Source: Atractiella rhizophila
Taxonomy: Eukaryota
Length of the DNA: 45,922 nt
Assembly: GCA_021432655.1 (NCBI GenBank)
Contig: MU271526.1
Location: forward strand, 1 to 45,922
Direction of reading: 5' to 3'
The position numbers and the translations under genes are program-made. Below the pieces are notes generated by a model. The model ran no database searches and had not been told where the DNA came from. It was given only the letters and a program-made list of their open reading frames with translations. This document shows positions 34,782 through 45,922 of the stretch, piece after piece (the stretch's first letter is position 1; each line of letters starts with the position of its first letter).

Positions 34782-35660
34782 TTATCCCCAGCCGCTCTCT
34801 ACCAGTTTTGCTTCTGCAGCATTGATGTGATACGTCATCCCGGAACCACCACAGATTCGCACGAAACTATTGGAGACGACGTGCCCATCCTCGAATCCGA
34901 GACGAAAGCCCTACGCACAGACTCTGTTAATGTTGAAGGGGAACCCTGAAGAACCACTCACTCCGTACATCCCAGGGATTGGCATCCAGATCTCCTCAAA
35001 CTCCCGCAGCGCTCCAATAGGACACATCCTAAACCACTCCATATCCAGATCTCGTGGTCCCTCTTGTGGCACGAGCTTTCGCAGGTGCTCTTCAATTGCC
35101 GATATTTCACCTTCTGTCATTTCCTTCATGCGACTCTTTCTATCGAGCGAGCCACTGAGTAACTCGTAAAGGTGTTCGTGCCCCTTAGCTTTAGCGAGGT
35201 CCAGAGGGGTTTCTCCTGTAGTAGTTCTCACGAAACCTAGCACAGTCCATTGTTAACTACGCAAGCACTGAAAGAGGCACGCACGAGTTCCACCAAGCGC
35301 AAGGATTCCCTCTACAAGTTCCCTCTGAACTCCTTGATCAGCAGCATGGTGTAAGATTGTCCAACCATCACCCTTCTTCGCGTTCAGCGCCTTCGAGTCG
35401 CTAAGTTTCACACAGTTGATGATATCATGAAAATTTGCTCCTTCCTTTTCCGCCCAAGAGAAAATCTTGCCCCATTGTCCCTTCTCCGCATAGGTGACCA
35501 GTCGATTTTGCTCCTTCGCCCATTCCGATCTGTATGGTTGTGAATCGTACATGCAAACCCAATGCAAGTCTTCAGGCGATTCTACAGATTTCAACTTCTC
35601 AAGTATGGGCAGGATATCTTCAAGCTCAGCCTGTGGCTGCTTCGATGGCGATGACCCCAT
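34782..35660 (-). CDS. Ankyrin-repeat protein with C-terminal PGMYGGF...R-x-x-GGSG domain, predicted N-myristoylated; 3 exons
   Basis: MGSSPSK start. GWTILHHAADQG and GETPLDLAKAKGH ankyrin motifs. Spliced end IWMPIPGMYGGFRLGFEDGHVVSNSFVRICGGSGMTYHINAAEAKLVESGWG*. Confidence 0.85.
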
Positions 35661-36540
35661 AATTCAACTGTTGACCCTGATTTCAAGTGATGGTGAGGGG
35701 GCAGTCCCAGGCAGAGAAAGTCACGGTGGGTTAAATGGTTCTTCGAACCAGCTGTTTCCTTTACCGCATGAGTCGCATGCGGAAGCAAATGCCAATGTCA
35801 CTGTCAGTGACTGTGCAATTGGAATGTAACGAGTCTCCATGTATTACCAAAGCTTTTCGTAATACTGACCATCAAAAGCCATCATGAGCAAGAGTCTACA
35901 CTAAACGTTCAGGGTGGGTTAAAACTCAGTCGGTAAAGGACTGAAGCACCTCTGGTTTCGCCAGCCTGGAGCTCCTAAATTGCCCTGCTAGTAGCCTTGC
36001 AGATCAGAACTTGGGAACTTGAACGTCTTAAAGCGGTTACATGACTCAACGGAGCTTGAAGACGTCGCCATTCATTTCATCATTTAGGAATTCTTGTCTG
36101 CTGTGTACAGAAGCGTTTACTCAACTATATTCACTGCCAGTCAATATTTCTTCCTTAAAGCTCAGCAGAACTCACCAAGCTCCAGAGTGGTTTCTCCTGA
36201 CAGCGACGATTCCGGGATTTCTTCCCCTGCTCGTCGTATGGCAGTCGCCTATCGTCGAATTGTCTCAATCCCTCATTTGGAAGCAAGCCAAAAACTTACC
36301 CTTGTCATTAAACGTCGCGGTAGATCCCCCTAGCGGCGCAGAGCAATCAGTAGCGCTAGACTCAGTGATGCAGTTCAGTTCGCCGTCTTCAATTCATCGT
36401 CAGGGTTATCCTGTTTCAAACGACACAACGACGTACTGAAGTAGGTGTGGTATGAAAACCATCCGAAGCCATCCGGATTGGGAGGAAAGACCACACATTT
36501 TCCTTCCAATCACATTACATTACTTTAGCTCTCATCTAGT

Positions 36541-36812
36541 AGAGGCGAAAAAACAACCCGCAAACCCAAAAACTGCCACAAAACAACTCAAAAATCCGCC
36601 TGGAACAAAAAGCCAAAAAAAACGCACACAAAAGGGGCCCCAGAACACCCCACATGGGAAAAGAAAAACATCGGCCCCGGCACAAAACAAAACGAGATAG
36701 GAGAAGCCAAAAAGAAAAAAAAACAGAACACCCACATCGCCTCTGTGGCGCGGCGCTCAAAAGATACCCCCCCTTTATATCTCTCATCATAGCAGAAAAA
36801 AAACAACAAAAG
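36541..36812. other. T-depleted, homopolymer-rich tract; probable low-quality sequence
   Basis: Abrupt switch to runs of A/C/G with very few T, no periodicity, unlike the flanks. Confidence 0.6.
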
Positions 36813-37630
36813 ACGATCTTCTTCTTCTCTCCAAGGTATAGCAGTCGGTGACTTCTAGTTTGCTCAGCATCGTTTGCTGATGATCTGTACCCTACATTAG
36901 CCCAGACCCCACCATTACCGGATTACCGCTCTACCTCCCACGTCTCCTCACATTTTCGGTGGCTACCTATTTCGTTGCCGTCATCAGTTATTCACTCGCA
37001 TATTGTGATGGACGTATCTCCTTCCTTGAAACAGTCAGTTTTCCAGCACCGAAAATCAGTCGTCCGGCTTGGAGCGCTTGAATCCGCACTCCTCGTAGGT
37101 TGCAATGGCAGGTCCATTGGAGATTGAATTGCCAACCAAGAAGTCATGTATAAAAATCAAGTAACCAACCTCAACTACCCTTGTCCTTGTGCGCACGTTT
37201 CGAGGTGTAGTGCCACTGTACTCGGTCTCAATCTTGTATGTGACGGTTAGACCTCACGGTGAAGAAAAGACTCATTCAAAGTAGTTCAAAACACTAATTG
37301 ATCAGCGATTTCGGTAGAACTGCCTCCTCCTGGTCAAATTTGTCGACATTGGTTGGCCTTCGTACCCATTGCCTTCGGTTATGGACTTTGGACTTTGAGA
37401 GAGTAGTCATCAGGCAATTTCGGCGAAGAGAATATTCATTGCACAAACCACCGTAGATGTACTACCATCATAAATTCCAAGTGAAATCATTTCAATCGTC
37501 ATGTAGTTCAGAGAGACATTCTGAACATAAGGGTTCATGAACAGACCACAGCTGAATATCAAAGTCATTAGGTGAATCTCACCAACATGTCGGGGCGAGA
37601 ACCTTGAGGAAATTGAAAGTCGGAGTTGAA

Positions 37631-38593
37631 TCAGATCAGCACGAAATCGCCCCAATATCCTCTTGCTAACGTCTGGTTGGGTTGCACAAGCCTATACATA
37701 CCGGTCTTGATGCTATCCAAGCAACGATTAACAATCAAACTGAACGGCAGTAAGGAAGCTCACGTTTGTCTGTCAGATCCCATGTACCCACTGGCGTTAT
37801 ATCGCAGCAACACCTTTCCGCCTACCTTTTCCTTCGCTATGTATGAGAAGGAGCCATTCGAACCGTAGGTGACGACGATTTGGTGTCGAATTGCTTTATT
37901 TGTAAATCTGCGATTCGCGTTGAACGGGTGAGAGGAAGAGGAGAAAGGAACGGCAGACGATGATGCAGGTATGCGAGTTGAACAGCCCCCTCCACAGCGA
38001 ATGTTATCAATGATTTGAATGTAACCGTTGATGAGATCAAGGGTGATAGTAGGTCCGTTGTCTCCATGTGAGAAGAGCTAGGAAGGAATGTCATTTGACG
38101 CGTTGGAGTGAGGAAAGACTTGCTTGGAAAAGGTGAAAAAAGTGTTGTGACCATCCCGTCTCGCTCGATATCCAATTGGTCCATTGGTACGTCCTCGTGT
38201 CTCCATCCGCCTGATCTGTTTCGATTGTCAAACTACACATTGGAGCTAGGTTGATGGCTTACACGCATACAGAAACTCGTCTCGTTGCCGTGGGCTTCCT
38301 TCTTTACTCCCAGGATCCAACATGATGGTCGGATCCTGCGAAAGATAGAGCCCATAGCAGTAGGTGATATGCGAAGTGGCATCGGCATTATCGCAGCCTT
38401 TGGTGAATATGCCGGTCATTTGGTAGCTCACAGTGGTGGTGGTAGAGGTGAAGAAGGTGATGTTGCCATACTGGATCGACGAACCGTCTGCTATGACTGT
38501 AACATCACGGGAGCGGAGGTTGCCTTCGTCTTGAATAGGGGCGGAGGCAGCGAAGGCGAGGAAGAGTAGAAAGACTGAGGATATCAAGAGCAT
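37631..38593 (-). CDS. Secreted polysaccharide-lyase-like (beta-jelly-roll) protein, 5 exons including a GC-AG intron
   Basis: Signal MLLISSVFLLFLAFAASA. Spliced SPRQRDEFL..TRTYQWTNWIS..QHFFHLFQLF..GPTITLDL..SIKTGMYR..GYWGDFVLI*. R-x-E, H-x-x-Q and K-x-G-x-Y-R motifs recall PL7/PL20-type lyase folds. Confidence 0.7.
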
Positions 38594-40275
38594 TTCCTCT
38601 TAAATTTGTCTGACTTCCGCTCTCTGTGTCCAGAACCCGAAGGCTCCAGCTCGTCTCGCATGAGCTTTTATATAACTCTCTACCCAGGTGCCCACGACAG
38701 TTTTGCTCGAGATACAGTAAGATTTCCGATGGCAGACCCTAGGTTATTGTGCCTTGGGGATATTCGAAGTGTGCTATTCGTATTCGCAGCTGCCAGTTTT
38801 GGCCTTCATTAGGAAAACATCTTTGAAGGAAGTTGGGCATTGTGGCTTTCCGTTCTTGATGCGTTCTCAATACCGTGAAAGAACATTGAAAGCGTATGAG
38901 CGTGTGGCCGAGAGATAGATGACAGAGGGACGAAAGTTGACAAGATGGCTCATGGTACTACTAGGTTGCCAGATTAGCAGAGCAGAAAGCGAAAAGGCAA
39001 GCACGAAAGTCTCCCATTCGGTGGCGACTAACGTTTGTCATCGTTCAATGTTTGCCTGTGAGCTTCTGTCGAAGTGGTAGCGACGGGAATCGGGAAGCGG
39101 GAAGCGGTAACGGTAACCAGAAAAGAACATCCTACCATCGCCTGTGCTCCTTCACTCAATGTCAAAACCATCGGTGGCTGTGACAACTGAGAAAAACCAC
39201 AGAAATTGACGATAGAAATAAAGGTCTTTGATGATTGCCAATTCTTGCAAACAGAAGGTGTCAGTTCCCGCTTTGGGCGAGATGTGCAACACGTTGGGCC
39301 GATGGCACCACTTGACATCAGTGGAGATATTGCTGGAGTTGTGATGGTGAGCAGGCTGATCTTTAGGCCGACATCTTAACTCAAGAAGATGCAGCTCTCT
39401 GAGCGCGGACGTTCGTGTCCTGAATATTTCGACAGCGTGAGCCGCAGAAGGTACAAAGTTTCTGAGGGGAGTCTACACTAACCTCCTTCGCCACACGGTA
39501 AAGGTGACGTGATGGATTCCGTCGCACGCAATATTCCATGACACGCATTGGAAATTTTGGGTCAAAAGTAACAGCCGTCAAGATTCAAGGTGCAGCCTTA
39601 CTTGTAGGTGCCTTATGGCGCTTCATGCTTTTGGCAACGCAATGCCTTTCCACATGCCGCTCGATGAACCAGACAAGACGCAATCTGGGAGAGTCTGAGC
39701 AGCGTTCAAAGTATCCTGAGATAGACTATGCTTAGAGCGCGTACACTGATGAGCGTGCTTTTTCAAGGCACCAACCGTGAGTGGATCTCGGTGATATGCG
39801 TCACTCTCATCGGTATTGTGAAAGAGAGATATGTCGCTCTAATTGGGGGATCTACGCGGTACTCGCTAATAATGGGAATGGGCGAGATCATCCCTCCAAT
39901 TGATTGTCATTACTGTCGATGCATCAATGCATTTCAGCTCATATCTGCTGTGAAGCTGCTTCGGGTAGGATCACACACTCATCCTTCTTCCCAGTACCCA
40001 AACCAGGCCTAAATGGTGTCGTATTGGCGACTCAGATAGAAGATACGAACCCATAACACTTTAAATCAGTTCTGGGTTGGATACCAACTCCCTCACTCTT
40101 CCTTCCTGGCAATCGCTTCCAAGTTGCAATCAGACCCTTGCAGTAAACTCAACAGCTCCATCACTCTTCGGCTGAATTATGACAGCGGCCTGCAAAGAGA
40201 GATGCAGATGAGTCCCGCTTCTTTTACGCGTATCTCCTCCCGCGATCGAAAGGAACGAAAAAAGTACTTCACCAG

Positions 40276-42459
40276 ATGAGCGCCTCTCGCTACGCTCCGC
40301 ACGTCGAGAACTCCGCGACGCTCCTGCTGCCCGCCTCCAGCAGCGGCAAGCCACTCGTCTTCCTCAACCCCGTCCAAGAGTACAACCGGGACCTCTCCGT
40401 CGCCTGTCTCACCACATACCGTCACATAAGGCAGAGGGAGCTCCAGAAGTCCACCAAGAGAGACGACTTTTGTTGGAGACCTTATGTCCTCGACGCGCTG
40501 TCTGCTAGCGGGCTGAGGGCCATCAGGTATGCGAGGGAGATCAAGGAGTGTAGGTTGGTGGTCGCGAACGATCTGTCGAGGGAGGCAATGGAGGTCATCG
40601 AACGAAACATCTCGCACAATCGCGTCGCTAATCCAAATAACAATACAAATGGAGACACAAACGCAGAAGGAGCGGAAGGAGAACAAAAGAAGAAGGCGTT
40701 TTATACGCCTCAAGAGCGCCCAGCCTACGTCGTGCCCTCGCTCTCAGACGCCCTCGTCCTCCTCTCCCTCTCCAGAATCAAACCAAACCCCTCCTCCTCA
40801 TTCCCTTACACAGGTCCTACAGCCGGAAAAGCCTTCGATGTCATCGACCTCGATCCCTACGGCACCTGCGCACCTTTCGTCGACGCAGCGGTGCAGAATG
40901 TCGCTGATGAAGGGCTCCTGATGGTCACCGCAACCGATATGGCTGTTGCAGCGAGCACAAATCATCACGAGAAATGCTATGGGAACTACGGGGGTTTGCC
41001 AACGAGGAAGGAGTGGTGTCACGAAGCCGTATATATCCACTTTCTCCACTGTGACTGCTCTTGGAGGGCAGAAACTAATGGGTAACCAATGAGCAGGCAA
41101 TCCGCATGATTTTAAACACCCTCGCCACCTCCGCCGCTCGATACGGAAAGACCATCCGCCCTTTGCTCTCCCTCAGCATCGACTTCTACGTCCGAGTTTT
41201 CATTCGCGTCTCCCCCTCACGACAAGAAACGAAGGAGCTGGCATCTCTCACCTCTCTGGTGTACACGTGCGACCATTGTCATGCCCATTCGTTGCAGCCG
41301 TTCGGGAGAACAAGTTTGCCTCCCTCGGAAGAACACGTGAGTGGAGAGGCGGATGGGGAGGGGGAGGGAAAGAAGGGAAAGAAGGTCGCGAAGGGAAAGG
41401 GGAAGGGCGGTATCAAGTTTCACATACCTGCTGGACCCCCGGTCGAGACGACGAGAGGAGGAGGGAAATGTGAAGAGTGTGGAGCTGGCTTTCACGTTCG
41501 TCTCTCTCTTCTCTTCCCTTCTTGTCATTATCCTGTCAATCTCCAAGGCGCTGTTGGCTGCATAGGGACAGAAAATGCTCATAACTGATGCCCGTAATAG
41601 GTTGCGGGCCCCATGTGGACGGGAAGACTGCACGATCCCGAATTCGTCCAAGAAGTTTTGGAGACCGTAAAGGCGCGGGAGTCAGGTTCGTCCACGCCCG
41701 CAACCTCAACTGCAACAGGAGCAGAAACGTCAGCGACGGCGGGTGAGGATAATGGAAATGCGAATGGAGAGGAGGAGGAGGAACCGCTGAAACCTTTTGG
41801 GACGACGGAAAGACTAAAAGGGATGCTACAGATTGCTGCTTCCGTACGTCTCTCCCCCACTATGAAGAGATGGACTAAACCAATACTCGATGGTTGGTGG
41901 ACATATATAGGAGATTGAGACGCCTTTCTATTTCAGTCCATCGAGGATTTCAGGGATGTTCCACTCTCGCACTCCGCCGCTAGAGACCGTAACGTTCGTC
42001 TTCACCTCTATCCTCTTCAAGTGTACCAATATGTAAGTGACACGTATGTGCAACAGATCCGCCCTCCTGCATGCGGGCTACGCCGTCTCACGCTCACACG
42101 CCCTCCCCGGTTCTCTCAAGACCAACGCGCCAGTTTCCTTCCTAAACGACGTCTGGCGTTTCTGGATAAAAGACTCCGAACCAGTCAACATGTCCAACAT
42201 CAAGGAGACCTCTCCCGCACGGCAGTTGCTCCTGAAACCGATAACTCACGAAGTGAATACGAAGCGGCACGAGAAGGTCGAAGAGTTGCTTATGAGCAGA
42301 GTAAAGATCACTAAGTATCCAGCTAATCCGGAGCCTGGATGGGGACCTGGGAAAAAGGCGGTGGAGGGGAAAGGGAGGAAGAGGAGGAATGAAGAGGGGG
42401 AGGGGGATGGAGGATCTAAAAAACCGAGATTGGGGGAAGAGGTTGTAGCACCTTCATGA
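40276..42459 (+). CDS. TRM1: tRNA (guanine26-N2,N2)-dimethyltransferase, 5 exons
   Basis: VFLNPVQEYNRDLS, LDALSASGLRAIRY, VVANDLS, FDVIDLDPYG, LLMVTATD, PLLSLSIDFYVRVF, CxxC pairs, GPMWTGRLHD, SHALPGSLKTNAP, NPEPGWGP. Confidence 0.96.
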
Positions 42460-42960
42460 CGGACGGCTGTAAATGGAGTTTCTACGTTGCATCTTGAGAA
42501 ACGGAGTATCTGTGCGATGATATACATTCCAATTATAACATCCAGTGTCGTACATCCTGTGTAAGGGATATAAGTACATTACTTGCACTTCAAGGAGCGG
42601 GTACGATTGACTGCTTTGTAGTAATAGTAGTTACCAATCCACCTATAAACCATAACATTTTAGATAAAGTGAGATGGACTTTGTAATAGGCGATATTTAA
42701 TGATCCCTTTTCAACGATGAGCTATGCACGGCGTTGCATTTCTTGGGCCAGTATTACACTCATCAACAGTGCATCATTCATTTTATTAGGGCAATCCCTC
42801 GAATCCCCACTTCACCACAACCGACAAGGCCCTTGAACACCAATAGATGGCGATTATGAGTGGCGTTGGACGATTGACGCCAAATATGTCTGTCTGTCAA
42901 TCATTGAACTTGCTGAGCTCAAGCAGATGTGTGCGTTTTGGCTGGGCATACAAGGTAACG

Positions 42961-43359
42961 AAGGTCGACCTCAGGCTCGCGGCATCTTCAATTTGTTCAT
43001 CAGTAGAAACCGATGATCTGGGTTCCTGATCTTGAAGAGAGGGAATGCAAGATTTGTGGGCTTAAAAATTCGCTTGCGCTTCTTCTGGTTCTTGAATGTC
43101 ATCTGGGATGCTGTGGAGTATGTTGGCACTCTCAAGCTCTCCAAGGAAATCACGCGACTAGCGTTCCACCAAGGTCGACCTGGCGTGCCATGGACAATTT
43201 CGTCATGAGTAAAAGCCGATGAGGCTGAGTTCCTAATCTTGAAGAGAGGGCATGACGAGATTTGTGGGCTTGAAAATTCGCTTGCGGCATGCTTCTGGTT
43301 CTTGAATGTCAGCTGGGATCTGTAGTGAGAATGTTGGCACTCTGAAGGTCTCCAAGGAA
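42961..43359 (-). pseudogene. Decayed coding-like sequence with an imperfect 210-bp tandem duplication (42961-43148 / 43171-43359)
   Basis: Both units start aaggtcgacct and end ctccaaggaa. Minus-strand remnants SLETFRVPT / SLESLRVPT and RKRIFKPTNL appear in each, broken by stops and frameshifts. Confidence 0.6.
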
Positions 43360-45308
43360 CTGAAGCACCTTGACAATACCATCATCATGAGAGCTAGTAA
43401 GAGCTTCGTCTCCATGGAAACTGTGGACACTTGAGCGAGTGCCTCTGGACTGGACGAAGCCTTTTCTTGTATATCAGATATGCGACACCTTAACTCGTTG
43501 AGGTAATGGCACTAAATCGAATCAATGACTCATGATTAATGCGTATGTTTGTTTCCTTTTGCTCGAAAGAGTTTGTCAGTTCAGATTTGCCAGTCAGTGT
43601 AGAGAATTTAATAGGATGATGAATTGAAAATGTGTTGAAAACTACGTTTGGGATTTTCCTGCCCCAACAAGGAAGTCGGAGAACAAGTTCGCTCTTCATA
43701 AGTACAATTGGTCTTGCGCCTGTTTTTTGTTTCGCTGAAACATCATTACTGTTCAAATTAAATATGGAGAGACTGCGTACTCGTAAATATCTGCGCGTAT
43801 ATGCACTCACATTTACTCAAGTCCCGGATGTCGTTTGTCCCACAATAAAACCTTGCTATAAGCTTCTCCTCGCGCTACTCACTCAGAATGTCTACCAAGA
43901 AAAATGTATGCGAAGGGGGAGAGGGGTTGCATTTTTCCTTCACCTCTGAGTCATCCATTGTTTGGATTGGAGGGCTGAAGGCTTCCTCTAGGAGGTAAAG
44001 GTAGTAGGTAGGTAAGCAGGAGTGGGTGACAGGGATAAAGGGCGAGCACTAGCCAGTCAGCTCCCAAATCAGAGGAATCTGCAAGTTCTACGGTCTTCAA
44101 GATATCCGAGTCGATGTAACCATGAACTCGCGGACGACTTCGGCAACGAGGGGTGTATCAACTAGGAAGGCCGGTGGAGGTCGCAGATAGGAGGGTACTA
44201 CTAGAGACAGTCCAACGGATGCCTGTTCTGAGAATGAATCGTGAAAGAACCTCTTGCAGTCTACTGGTCTCGAAGGGGGCATGAACGTGGTATGTCCCTC
44301 CTTCCGAATGTCTCATCCGAAATTATTCAAAGAATACGCGTACTATCTGCAACTTGGAGCTGTGTCACTTCCATCAGTTTCCCGGAGAACTGACATCGCG
44401 AGTACCATCTGCCTTTGCTTGATGCTAAAACTATCCTCTCTCCTTTGATCCTGAGGATGAGGGGTGCAAAGGCTCAGGTCATCCAGAAGCTTGCTCTGCG
44501 GCTGTTGCGCAGGACATTCTATTGAGCATTCAGGTCTCATTTCCTCTCCTCCTCGTTCATCGAAGGCTATGGTTGCGCCGCCACCTCATTGCAATCCTCC
44601 ATCGATAACTTTGTAGTCTTGTGGCTTTTGTTGCCTCCCTAGCTTCGTAGCTTCGTAGCTTCGTAGAAGGAAGCTCGGGTCTTTCGCAGGCTGGTCCTCC
44701 TCCGGCATCGTTACCTTAGTTATGAGGGTATTGGTTACTGACTTTCAGATTTTCCATCTGCGAACTTTGCAGCCCGTTAGTCCTCCCCGGGTGTGACACC
44801 ACGCTCGCAAGGTATGCGGTATGCGAATGGACGAGGGATCATGAGTTGCTCTGTCCTCTCTCTCCACTCTTAATGCTACAGATGATTCTTCTGTAGCTTA
44901 TACCTGAGAGCAAATCGTGTAGGAGGACGACTGTGCTCAAAGACGTGAGCATTCTCGCAGCCGGGATACTCTCACGGACACACCACTTTCCTGAGTAGTA
45001 GAACGCGCGTCGTTAACGACGCTTCCGCCAGTCACGCTCTTCTGTCTTACTTTGTTACCTTTTTCGAGTCCGATGCTTTCTACACTCAGCAGAAAGTATG
45101 CGCGGAAAGTAGCTGCGCCATTCCATCAAGGTCGTGAAGCTGCTTAACTAGTCGCACACAGCGACTGCGCTCAAGCACTCCGCGTCTCTACCTATTGCAG
45201 AGGAGGGTTTGTGAGAGTAACTTTTGATGTTGAACGGGAACCTTAACCGCGCACTATTCGCTGATGAGAGGATTGATCCCTGGATAACGGGGTGCTCAAA
45301 CATTCGAC

Positions 45309-45316
45309 TATAAAAG
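45309..45316 (+). promoter_or_regulatory. Putative TATA box of the multicopper oxidase gene
   Basis: TATAAAAG ~120 nt upstream of the ATG, followed by a pyrimidine-rich leader. Confidence 0.5.
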
Positions 45317-45435
45317 CAGGAGGTATTATGGCTGGAAGAACTCACACCCAAGAAGATTCATCAGTTTCACAGTTCTCATAACATTTCTCAATCTTTTGCA
45401 CTTTCGTTGCATTTCCTCAAAAGTCGTCGATAGCT

Positions 45436-45922
45436 ATGCTTTCTGTCGCCACCTTTTCGCTCCTGTCTCTCTTACCACTGATCCTGGCCGCTCAACATGA
45501 ACACGAACTCGGAAGAAGAACAGCATCCTATGACCCAGTTACCACACTGACAGAATCAACTGCAGTCCCGATCGCGACAGTCGCTCCTATTGGTGATCCA
45601 AGTGGTCCAGGGCGTGGTCTGCCTCCGAGGGGACAACAGTATCGTCTGAACTCTTCGTTCGAGATTACTGATACTCCCGTACGTCAAAGCCGCTCCCTCT
45701 GCCTCACAATGCGAGAGGTCGCTTACTTCGACATTCCAGGCTACAAGGAGTTATGATTGGTTGATAGCGTCCGTCATCTCTATCTTCCTTTCCATCGCCA
45801 TTGACGCAGACATTATCAATAGAGCAAAAACGGCCGCTCCTGATGGCTATTCCAGAAATCTAATCACAATCAATGGTCTTACTCCGGGACCCCTGATTGA
45901 AGGTGAGCATGCAATGTGTTGT
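45436..45922 (+). CDS. Secreted multicopper oxidase (laccase/ferroxidase-like), 5' part; runs off the window
   Basis: Signal peptide MLSVATFSLLSLLPLILA. Spliced FEITDTPATRSYDWLIAAKTAAPDGYSRNLITINGLTPGPLIE, the start of cupredoxin domain 1 (PDG..R....ING..PGP.IE). Confidence 0.88.

Noticed and set aside
36452..36851. Lys-rich and Phe-rich ORFs
   Set aside because: By-products of the T-depleted tract, which cannot contain plus-strand stops.
44640..44666. (tagcttcg)x3 micro-repeat
   Set aside because: Ordinary short slippage repeat in degenerate intergenic DNA.
13746..45922. Secondary-metabolite cluster (SDR, Zn2Cys6 TF, multicopper oxidase)
   Set aside because: No backbone enzyme (PKS, NRPS, terpene synthase), and the genes are far apart and interleaved with housekeeping genes.

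Overview
Intron-rich fungal nuclear DNA (short ~45-55 nt GT-AG introns). The PMA1 type, PriB-like transcription factor and other families point to a basidiomycete; this is inference. Genes reconstructed by reading splice sites, in order: plasma-membrane H+-ATPase PMA1 (with an apparent 1-nt frameshift), a type I membrane protein, a bacterial ManC-type mannose-1-phosphate guanylyltransferase with about seven introns, a 94-aa mitochondrial ATPase inhibitor (IF1/INH1) missed by the ORF track, an SDR, a very large low-complexity protein ending in an LST2/ZFYVE28-like helical domain, an intronless acidic protein with a retroelement-Gag-like zinc-finger pair, a Zn(II)2Cys6 transcription factor, a myristoylated ankyrin/GMYGGF protein, a secreted polysaccharide-lyase-like protein, TRM1 and the 5' end of a multicopper oxidase. 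The ~12-19.6 kb and ~42.9-44.8 kb intervals hold pseudogene fragments, LINE relics and local duplications. Most notable: (1) two back-to-back introns with a zero-nucleotide exon (candidate recursive splicing) in INH1; (2) a FYVE-less fungal LST2-like protein; (3) two intron-bearing genes from families I associate with Actinobacteria; (4) a duplication with an internal inversion. Family assignments come from motif recall, not searches. Several frameshifts and one garbled tract suggest local sequence errors.
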